Shown: positions 57,672 to 64,000 of the stretch, piece by piece | Layout: every line of letters begins with the position of its first letter | How positions within the stretch are numbered: position 1 is the stretch's first letter | NCBI GenBank assembly: GCA_937138495.1 | Contig: CAKZPE010000016.1 | Coordinates: 7,977-71,976, forward strand | Length of the DNA stretch: 64,000 nucleotides | Direction: 5' to 3' | Source of the DNA: an uncultured Oceanospirillaceae bacterium | Lineage (GTDB): Bacteria; Pseudomonadota; Gammaproteobacteria; Pseudomonadales; Balneatricaceae | Translations under genes and position numbers: made by a program | Notes under the pieces: model-generated | Told to the model about the DNA's origin: nothing | The model's input: the letters and a program-made list of their open reading frames with translations, nothing else | Databases searched by the model: none

Positions 57672-58256
57672 TCAGGCCGCTTTTGCAGCCTGTGTCTGTT
57701 TACGCTGACGCCACCACATACCAATGCCACACAAGCCAAAGATATATCCAATTCCGCCAAGAATGTCCTGCAAACCGGCTTTTTCCTGAAAGGCCCGCAG
57801 TTCTTTACGCAAAGGTTTCACCTGCTTGGCAACGGCTTTTTCAATCATGCTTTGCATCGCTGCGTCATCATACTGAACAGCTTTTCCGTCTGATTTCTTT
57901 GCAGCAGCTACGGCAGCAACAGCGCCGTCGCCAGCTGCCAGAGACTCAGGCAACTCTTCAGCTGTCAGAACCATTTCCAGCACGTGACCACTGCCCATTT
58001 CCATCCGAAACAGGTGGTCAACACGGGCAGTCGCTTCAAAGGTAAAGAAACCCTCTTCATCGGTTTCGGTTTCCATCAGCACATTCCCTGCAGGGTCTGT
58101 AACAATAACTTCCGTTCCGGCGGATGCCATATCACCGTTAGAAAAACCGGCTTCACCTTCAATCGTGCTGCCAATGGCATAAACACCGCCCACCACATTG
58201 TGAGCGTTGGCAGGCAGTGCAAACAGCACTGCCAGCATGACAAATAACTTACGCAT
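57672..58256 (-). CDS. NikL/CbiL-like accessory component: signal peptide, beta-rich periplasmic domain, C-terminal TM anchor
   Basis: Signal peptide MRKLFVMLAVLFALPANA. The periplasmic segment (VIVTDPAGNVLMETETDEEGFFTFE) resembles a carboxypeptidase-regulatory / transthyretin-like fold. C-terminal TM GGIGYIFGLCGIGMWW. It overlaps the cbiM end by 8 nt. Confidence 0.6.
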   Translation of the reverse strand: MRKLFVMLAVLFALPANAHNVVGGVYAIGSTIEGEAGFSNGDMASAGTEVIVTDPAGNVLMETETDEEGFFTFEATARVDHLFRMEMGSGHVLEMVLTAEELPESLAAGDGAVAAVAAAKKSDGKAVQYDDAAMQSMIEKAVAKQVKPLRKELRAFQEKAGLQDILGGIGYIFGLCGIGMWWRQRKQTQAAKAA

Positions 58257-58869
58257 TATCCCAGTCCTCCGCGAGGTGCAGGAACTCCGGCTTCACTTTC
58301 CGAATAAGCAGCACTGCCGCAGCGGTCACAAACCCTTCAACCAGCATGACCGGAATATGCGCGATCAGTGTTGCCTTGGCCGCCAGCCAGAATGCTTCAC
58401 CGGACAACGCCAGAGAACCGGCAACCATCATCGTGGTGACAGCAACAGCACCGGCACCGCCAATCGCGCCCCAGATCGCCGCCACCCTGGGGGAAGACGC
58501 CGCTATCCCGTGCCTGCACAGGAAATACACCATCACTGCAGGCAGTGCGATATTGAAGGTATTCACCCCGAGCACCAGAAAGCCGCCGAAGCCAAAGAAA
58601 ACTGCCTGTAAAATCAGCGCGACTAATAAAGCAGGAAAGGCCGCCCAGCCTAACGCCAGACCAATCAGACCATTGAGAATAAGGTGAACGCTGGAAAAGC
58701 CGATCGGTAAGTGAATGTATGAAGCGATAAAAAATGCGGCGGATAACACACCTACCTGTGGCAGATGCTCGTAATCCATTTTCTTCAGACCGTATGCCAC
58801 ACCGGCAAGCGCCAGTAATGCACCACCGGCCAGAACCGGTTCGGAAAGCGCGCCATCTACTATATGCAT
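58249..58869 (-). CDS. cbiM: Substrate-capture component CbiM/NikM
   Basis: Begins MHIVDG, the N-terminal Met-His used for metal ligation in this family. About 6-7 TM segments. Confidence 0.9.
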   Translation of the reverse strand: MHIVDGALSEPVLAGGALLALAGVAYGLKKMDYEHLPQVGVLSAAFFIASYIHLPIGFSSVHLILNGLIGLALGWAAFPALLVALILQAVFFGFGGFLVLGVNTFNIALPAVMVYFLCRHGIAASSPRVAAIWGAIGGAGAVAVTTMMVAGSLALSGEAFWLAAKATLIAHIPVMLVEGFVTAAAVLLIRKVKPEFLHLAEDWDNA

Positions 58870-58926
58870 AGCTGTTCCTGAAACTGATCAACCGGCAGCC
58901 TGAAAACAGACCGCCGGTTGCAGTGA

Positions 58927-59733
58927 TTATTTAATTTCGTGAGCCTGAACCCAGATAACCGCATCCTGAGACAACTCTTTACCTTTGTACTCAGTATCCG
59001 GACCTACACCCAGTGCTGCAAAGCCCCAGTGACCCGCTTTTGGAATACCGAAAGTGAAAGTACCGTTAGCATCCGCAAAGATAGTCATAGTCACGAAAGC
59101 TTCAGCTGGCGGTGTAATCGCTGCATCATCGGCAAAACGGTTGTTTTCCATATCCGGCTCGTAGTTCATGTACTCAACTTCGATTTCCGCAAACGGAACC
59201 GGCTCGCCATTACCTTTAACCACTCCGGTAAAAGTACCGCCTTCATAAATGGCGTAGGGTTTGGTCAGCGGCACGATTTCCGCCTTCAGGCCCAATTCTT
59301 CATTCCAGTCTGTTGGCAGGCTGCCAACGTTAATGATGTTCTTGGTAATCTGCTGAATGTAGATATCTTCTTCCGCTTCCATGTACGGTTCCGGCGTCAT
59401 AACAAATACATTGTCACCCAGGCCGCGCAAACGAACTGCTGCTTCATATGCAGGACCGGTATCCACTGCACTGGTCCACTCAATCGGTACCAGCTTATCC
59501 ATCAGGTCAGTTTTCTTGCCCTTACGGACCATGAAAAACTCCTGAGGCTCGCCCATCTTCATAACGTGACCGCTTGCAGCAGGGTGAGTAAATGGCATTT
59601 TCAAAACCACTTCTCCACCTTTTTCACGCAGGGACTCAGGCGTATAAACCATTTGAAAGTGCGCCTGCGCGGTGCCGGCTACCAGGGAAGAACCTAAAAT
59701 TAAAGCTGCAGATAACTGCTTGAAATTGAACAC
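58927..59733 (-). CDS. Periplasmic DUF4198 / NikK(CbiK)-like metal-binding component
   Basis: GGAG RBS, then GTG 59733. Signal peptide ...SLVAGTAQA|HFQ with a mature N-terminal His. Beta-rich 245-aa domain. It is the first gene after the riboswitch. The track ORF extends to 59808. Confidence 0.7.
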   Translation of the reverse strand: MFNFKQLSAALILGSSLVAGTAQAHFQMVYTPESLREKGGEVVLKMPFTHPAASGHVMKMGEPQEFFMVRKGKKTDLMDKLVPIEWTSAVDTGPAYEAAVRLRGLGDNVFVMTPEPYMEAEEDIYIQQITKNIINVGSLPTDWNEELGLKAEIVPLTKPYAIYEGGTFTGVVKGNGEPVPFAEIEVEYMNYEPDMENNRFADDAAITPPAEAFVTMTIFADANGTFTFGIPKAGHWGFAALGVGPDTEYKGKELSQDAVIWVQAHEIK

Positions 59734-59824
59734 GTTTGATTTGCTCCGTCTGAAAAAATACAGCCAGAGTTGGGAGGAATCAGCGCAGTTATTTGCGGGA
59801 AGAAACAAAAACTGTGCCTCGGTG

Positions 59825-60095
59825 AAGCCCTCCGCAACACCCAGTTATAACAAGCTACCAAGCCGGTATCCGGACTCATCGACGGACTTGCGTCCCCTGT
59901 TTCGCCTTCCCACTCATCTGATTCACGGGAATCATTTGCTCGCAGTGGCCAATGAAACAGTTTTATCGATTTACCGTTGCGGGGGCAGTGTTGGGATTGT
60001 TTCGGTCGGCAGCTGCATAATTTGGCAATTACAACAGCAGCATACAAACCTTAACGCACCAACTTCCCGAACAGCGCCAAAATCCAGCGCCATTC
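59825..60095 (-). promoter_or_regulatory. Cobalamin (B12) riboswitch
   Basis: Minus strand shows, in canonical order: CGGGAAGTTGGTGCG (about 60069-60055), AATCCCAACACTGCCCCCGCAACGGTAA (to 59971), GGCCACTG (59950-59943), GTGGGAAGGCGAAAC, and the B12 box GAGTCCGGATACCGGC (59877-59862). Confidence 0.85.
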
Positions 60096-60131
60096 TGCGT
60101 GCTGACACACGCAACTCAGTAACGAAAGCGC

Positions 60132-60161
60132 ACAATACCTGCACCGCTCAAACCTTGTCAA
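60132..60161 (-). promoter_or_regulatory. Candidate sigma70 promoter for the riboswitch-led operon
   Basis: Minus strand has TTGACA (60161-56), an 18-nt spacer, then TATTGT (60137-32). It lies between the MCP terminator and the riboswitch. Confidence 0.4.
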
Positions 60162-60210
60162 TCAGCGTCGGTTAAATGTCGCAATTTAATAAAATAAGGT
60201 CTTCAGAAGG

Positions 60211-60240
60211 GAAAAAAACAGCCACTCAGAAGTGGCTGTC
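60211..60240 (-). terminator. Intrinsic terminator of the chemoreceptor gene
   Basis: Minus strand reads ACAGCCACT-TCTG-AGTGGCTGT followed by TTTTTTTCCC. Confidence 0.8.
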
Positions 60241-60261
60241 CGGGATAAAACTCAACAGGCT

Positions 60262-62118
60262 TTATGTCACAAACTGGCCTACAGCAAACTTGAGCTGCTG
60301 TGCCTGAGTAGCGACTTCATCACTGGCCACCACATTAAGTTGCGTCTGCGCGCTGGCATCATCAATGATCAGACGGATCTTATCGACATTCTGATTAATT
60401 TCACCGGCCACATTGGCCTGCTCTTCTGTCGCGGCCGCCACCTGAGCGGTCATATCAACAATGGTTTCTGCATCACGGGTAATGGCATCAAGCATATCAA
60501 TGCTGGCACCGGCCTGGTCTGCACTCTCCTGACTGCGGCTCAGGCTCACAGCCATCAGTTCAGTTGCACGGTTAGTACGGGCCTGCAGCTGAGAAATCAT
60601 GCCCTCAATTTCGCTGGCGGAATTCTGAGTACGCTCAGCCAGTGAACGTACCTCATCTGCCACGACTGCAAACCCTCTGCCCTGCTCACCCGCCCGGGCA
60701 GCTTCGATAGACGCATTCAGCGCGAGCAGATTTGTTTGCTCTGCTATCGATTTAATGACCCCCAAAACAGAACCAATTTCCTCACTCTCTTTTTGCAGCG
60801 TCTGTACTTCGGTGTCGGTATCAGTGGCCTGCTCAGCCAGACTGGTAATACTGCCAATCAGATCACTGTTACTGGTCTTGCTCTGCTCCGCCTGCTGTAG
60901 CGAGTTTTGAGCAGTGGCAGACGTTTGCTCAGTATTGCCGGCAATTTCCGCCATAGCTGCCTCCATTTCATGTACAGCACTGGCAATCTGTACCACTTCA
61001 TCCTGCTGGTTCTGCAAATCTGACGCTGCATGGTTCGCACTGCTGGCCAGCCGTTCCGATGAGGACTGTAAATGCCCGACGGCTTTAACAACATCTCCGA
61101 TCAGTGTCTGAAAAATTGCCATCATGCTGTTAAAGTCATTGCCCATTTTACCTAACTCATCATGACCACCACCTTCGTAACGAAGGGTCATATTCTTACT
61201 GGCACTGACCTTTTGCATACAATTGGCCAACCGCGAAATAGGCACCAGAATACTGCGGGAAATAAGTGTAACGGCAATGCCAACAATTAAAGCCACTGCA
61301 ATTACAATCGCCACCGCCAACAGCTGAACCCGGGATACCTCTGAGGCAACGTGCGCCTGAAGCCCGGCATTGATCTCATCCAGAGTCGTCTGGGTTTTGC
61401 TGGCCTGCTCAAGCATAGCGCCCCGCAAGCCAGCATCAGCCGTCAGGCCAAGCTCTTTACGGGCTGAAACCAGCGCCACGAACTGGCGCTTATAGTCAGC
61501 CAGTAAATCAAGGGTTGTCTGGCGTTGCGCCTGGCTAAAGTCTACCTGCCGGACAACCGCAACGGCTTTATCAAAATTGCCGTTAAACTTATTCAGGTAT
61601 TTTTCACTGGAACGGATAATAAAATCTTTTTCATTTCTGCGAAGCTGAAGAATACGGACATACAGCGCATCGCTGTTAATAGCCTGAACCTTTTTCTCCG
61701 CAGCATGCACAGCGCCCCGTAAACCGCCCCGCAGACCTTCCTTCTCATTCAGGCCAATGGTTTTTAACAGATTAGCCACCCGGATAAAGCTGGCATCATA
61801 TTCCATGAAATATTCGTTCAGGCTTCGTAACGAAGTTTGCGTCTCACCGCTTAGCTGATCTATCGCGCTAATCAGATGCTCATTGAAACGCATTTTCGCC
61901 TGCACAAAACCGGTTTCAGCATCGGTCTGCAAGGTTGTCACAAACGCCAGCTCATACTGTCCCATTGCCAACTGTTCCTGCTTAAGCTTCCCCACCAGAG
62001 ATTCACTTTCCCGCAGATCATTCAGCGTATTCAGGGAGTACATCAGTAAGCCAAACAGTGCTGCCACAGAAAACAGCACTATGCCCAGCAATAAAATCAG
62101 TTTGTTCTTGATAGTCAT
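60262..62118 (-). CDS. Methyl-accepting chemotaxis protein (periplasmic sensor, HAMP, signalling domain)
   Basis: GGAG RBS before ATG 62118. Two TM segments flank a sensor domain of about 270 aa. Highly conserved MCP hairpin [51 protein letters not shown]. Confidence 0.9.
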   Translation of the reverse strand: MTIKNKLILLLGIVLFSVAALFGLLMYSLNTLNDLRESESLVGKLKQEQLAMGQYELAFVTTLQTDAETGFVQAKMRFNEHLISAIDQLSGETQTSLRSLNEYFMEYDASFIRVANLLKTIGLNEKEGLRGGLRGAVHAAEKKVQAINSDALYVRILQLRRNEKDFIIRSSEKYLNKFNGNFDKAVAVVRQVDFSQAQRQTTLDLLADYKRQFVALVSARKELGLTADAGLRGAMLEQASKTQTTLDEINAGLQAHVASEVSRVQLLAVAIVIAVALIVGIAVTLISRSILVPISRLANCMQKVSASKNMTLRYEGGGHDELGKMGNDFNSMMAIFQTLIGDVVKAVGHLQSSSERLASSANHAASDLQNQQDEVVQIASAVHEMEAAMAEIAGNTEQTSATAQNSLQQAEQSKTSNSDLIGSITSLAEQATDTDTEVQTLQKESEEIGSVLGVIKSIAEQTNLLALNASIEAARAGEQGRGFAVVADEVRSLAERTQNSASEIEGMISQLQARTNRATELMAVSLSRSQESADQAGASIDMLDAITRDAETIVDMTAQVAAATEEQANVAGEINQNVDKIRLIIDDASAQTQLNVVASDEVATQAQQLKFAVGQFVT

Positions 62119-62433
62119 ACAACGCTCCGTATTAAGACAGTTCAATGCTTGCCTGCCTATAAAAGGCAGCAAGACTCATACCTGGTCTGGCACGCCCGGT
62201 TGCTCCTGCACACATCAGCCCGTGACATTTACGCCAGTCAGCCAGAAAATCGTCTCTGGCCAAAATCCTTTACCAAGTCATTCTAAGCTAGTTGCTATCA
62301 GCGCATTCTCCACGCCACCTTACCCAGTTTGGGGATTCACAGCGCCACCTGATCAGTTGCGTATACTGCAAAAACGATTGCACAAAAATCACCCCGGTGT
62401 AGACTTGCCCGCTGCGATTCAGAGAGGTCAGTT

Positions 62434-63075
62434 ATGCGTTCCGTTTACAGTGTCAAAGAAATGTTCTATACCCTGCAGGGCGAAGGTGCTCAGGCCGGCC
62501 GGCCGGCGGTATTTTGCCGTTTCACCGGCTGCAACCTCTGGTCCGGACGGGAACAGGACCGCGCAAAAGCAATCTGCGACTTTTGTGATACGGACTTTGT
62601 TGGCACTGACGGACAGAATGGCGGCAAATTTCACAGCCCGGAAGCACTGGCCAAAAAAGTACGCAGTTTCTGGCCACTGAATAATGAAGGTACTCCGTAC
62701 GTTGTCTGCACCGGTGGCGAGCCACTTTTACAACTGGATGAAGCACTCATTGCTGCCTTTAAAGCAGAAGGACTGGAAATCGCACTGGAAACCAATGGCA
62801 CCTTACCTGTCCCGGACGGCGTCGACTGGATTTGTGTCAGCCCAAAAGGCGCATCTGAAATTGTGCAGACCCGCGGTCATGAGCTAAAGCTGGTGTATCC
62901 ACAGAGTCAGGCTATGCCTGAACGGTTTCACGGTCTGGCATTCGATCACTATTACCTGCAACCCCTGGACGATGCATTACAGACAGTCAACACTAAAGCG
63001 GCTGTTGAATATTGTATGGCCCATCCGCGCTGGAAACTGAGCCTGCAAACCCACAAATTCATCGGCATTGACTAA
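62434..63075 (+). CDS. queE: 7-carboxy-7-deazaguanine synthase QueE (radical SAM)
   Basis: FYTLQGEG...GRPAVFCRFTGCNLW is characteristic of proteobacterial QueE. 213 aa. Confidence 0.9.
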   Translation: MRSVYSVKEMFYTLQGEGAQAGRPAVFCRFTGCNLWSGREQDRAKAICDFCDTDFVGTDGQNGGKFHSPEALAKKVRSFWPLNNEGTPYVVCTGGEPLLQLDEALIAAFKAEGLEIALETNGTLPVPDGVDWICVSPKGASEIVQTRGHELKLVYPQSQAMPERFHGLAFDHYYLQPLDDALQTVNTKAAVEYCMAHPRWKLSLQTHKFIGID

Positions 63076-63553
63076 AAAAACACATCTTTTTAAATTTTTT
63101 CTAAAAAAAACTGAATTTTTTTTCGTATTACAGTGTCTGTTTTATAGAGCAAGAATTCAGAGCATTTTCAGATATTTGCCGGACATAGTTAAAAGCTGCA
63201 TGAAGTATGACATGCAGGCCGTACATTTTTTTTGCGAAAAAATGCAAAAAAAATGAATTCCCGGTGAACTTATTGAATACACCCCTCTCTAACTCTGTAC
63301 ATCAACGTTCTTGCAAGACCCCTTTATGCTGTAAAAGTAGTTTCTTCCCAGAGCTTCCCCTCTCTGGGAAGAAGCTGCTCCCCTTAACTCTCTCCTGCTT
63401 CATCCTATACATTCTTTCAAGCTTCATTCCTAAAAACAGTCTCAGAAACCCTTCAGCCAAACCCTGTCAGCCACAGATATTCTTTGCTATCCTAGCCGGC
63501 CTGTTTATGTACGCTGTCACCGGCGTAATCAACCTTCTGAATAGTGAATCAAG

Positions 63554-64000
63554 ATGAGTAAGTACTGGAGCCCGGCAATTAATTCGCTCACCCCTTACGT
63601 TCCGGGTGAGCAGCCAAAGCAAAGCGGTTTAATCAAACTCAACACCAATGAGAATCCGTATCCACCATCACCTCATGCGATCGCTGCTCTGAATGATTAC
63701 CCGAAAGAGCGGCTGAAGCTTTACTGCGATCCGGAAGCCACCCTGCTGAAAAATGCCCTGAAGGACTACTTCAGCCTGGATTATAAAAATGTCTTTGTCG
63801 GTAACGGTTCTGATGAAGTACTGGCTTTGGCGTTTATGGCCTTCTTCCGTCAGGAACACCCTATCCTGCTGCCGGAAACGACCTATAGCTTCTACGACGT
63901 TTACTGCAACCTGTATGACATTGCCTATACCCAGTTACCTCTGGATCAGGACTTCAACATCGACCTGCAGGCATACGGACAGCCAAACGGCGGCATTATC
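63554..64000 (+). CDS. hisC: Histidinol-phosphate aminotransferase, 5' part (continues past the window end)
   Basis: LTPYVPGEQPK...IKLNTNENPYPPSP...FVGNGSDEVL are typical HisC N-terminal blocks. The frame is open to the end of the window. Confidence 0.85.
   Translation, partial: MSKYWSPAINSLTPYVPGEQPKQSGLIKLNTNENPYPPSPHAIAALNDYPKERLKLYCDPEATLLKNALKDYFSLDYKNVFVGNGSDEVLALAFMAFFRQEHPILLPETTYSFYDVYCNLYDIAYTQLPLDQDFNIDLQAYGQPNGGII

Noticed and set aside
58939-59697. 252-aa plus-strand ORF opposite the DUF4198 gene. Similar long antisense ORFs occur at 42899-43567, 61883-62680, 16296-16943, 20711-21178 and 51616-52250.
   Set aside because: All lie fully within stronger, motif-bearing genes on the other strand, and none has a recognisable motif or RBS.
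63207-63557. 116-aa ORF ending in an ATGA overlap with hisC
   Set aside because: It lies in an AT-rich homopolymer region with Cys/Lys/Phe/Leu-rich low-complexity sequence and no RBS. The overlap is probably coincidental. I mention it in the spacer finding in case a shorter C-terminal TM peptide is real.
1-64000. Search for mobile elements, prophage or integrase genes, toxin-antitoxin or known defence-system signatures, tRNA and rRNA genes
   Set aside because: I recognised no transposase, integrase or recombinase motifs, no tRNA-like T-arm consensus in intergenic regions, and no nuclease, helicase or ATPase clusters typical of defence islands. The AT-richer patches (13.7-15.0 kb, 29.9-31.0 kb, 63.1-63.5 kb) lack flanking direct repeats that I could see.

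Overview
This window looks like a chromosomal segment of a Gammaproteobacterium, probably marine. The call rests on gene content only (YgiQ, SlyD, RhlE, MarC, YaeQ, YejK, Dcd, ApbC); no database search was possible. I support about 60 protein-coding genes. I found no rRNA, tRNA, CRISPR array, transposase or integrase.

Left half (1-33.3 kb): housekeeping and miscellaneous genes.
- An RND efflux pair and two EAL phosphodiesterases whose GGDEF motifs are degenerate.
- A phasin gene with a conspicuous triple operator.
- A few visibly AT-richer orphan genes.

Right half: a cobalamin (B12) and cobalt-handling array of about 26.4 kb and 23 genes, all on the minus strand (33364-59733). A cobalamin riboswitch (about 59825-60095) heads it.

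The array is the most unusual system here.
- It carries a complete early-cobalt-insertion gene set: CbiX, CbiL, CbiH, CbiF, CbiG, CbiD, CbiJ, CbiET, CbiC, CbiA.
- It also carries the late-insertion chelatase CobN with CobW. The only visible CobN partner is a single ChlI/ChlD-like AAA+/vWA polypeptide; CobS and CobT are absent.
- It has a NikKMLQO-type ECF metal importer.
- An MFS transporter with an extremely His-rich C-terminal tail is embedded in it.
- CobG/CobZ and CobF are not in the window.

Other observations worth follow-up:
- A small DUF3127-like OB-fold protein ends in the canonical SSB C-terminal tip (DFDDDVPF).
- A 264-aa acidic protein is an internal tandem duplication.
- An unknown ORF is translationally coupled to dcd.
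- Two small tandem paralogous proteins lie at the left edge.
- A 250-bp non-coding hairpin-bearing insert interrupts the otherwise tightly packed cob operon.

All start codons are approximate. GC-content statements are by eye. No homology search, covariance model or fold prediction was run.
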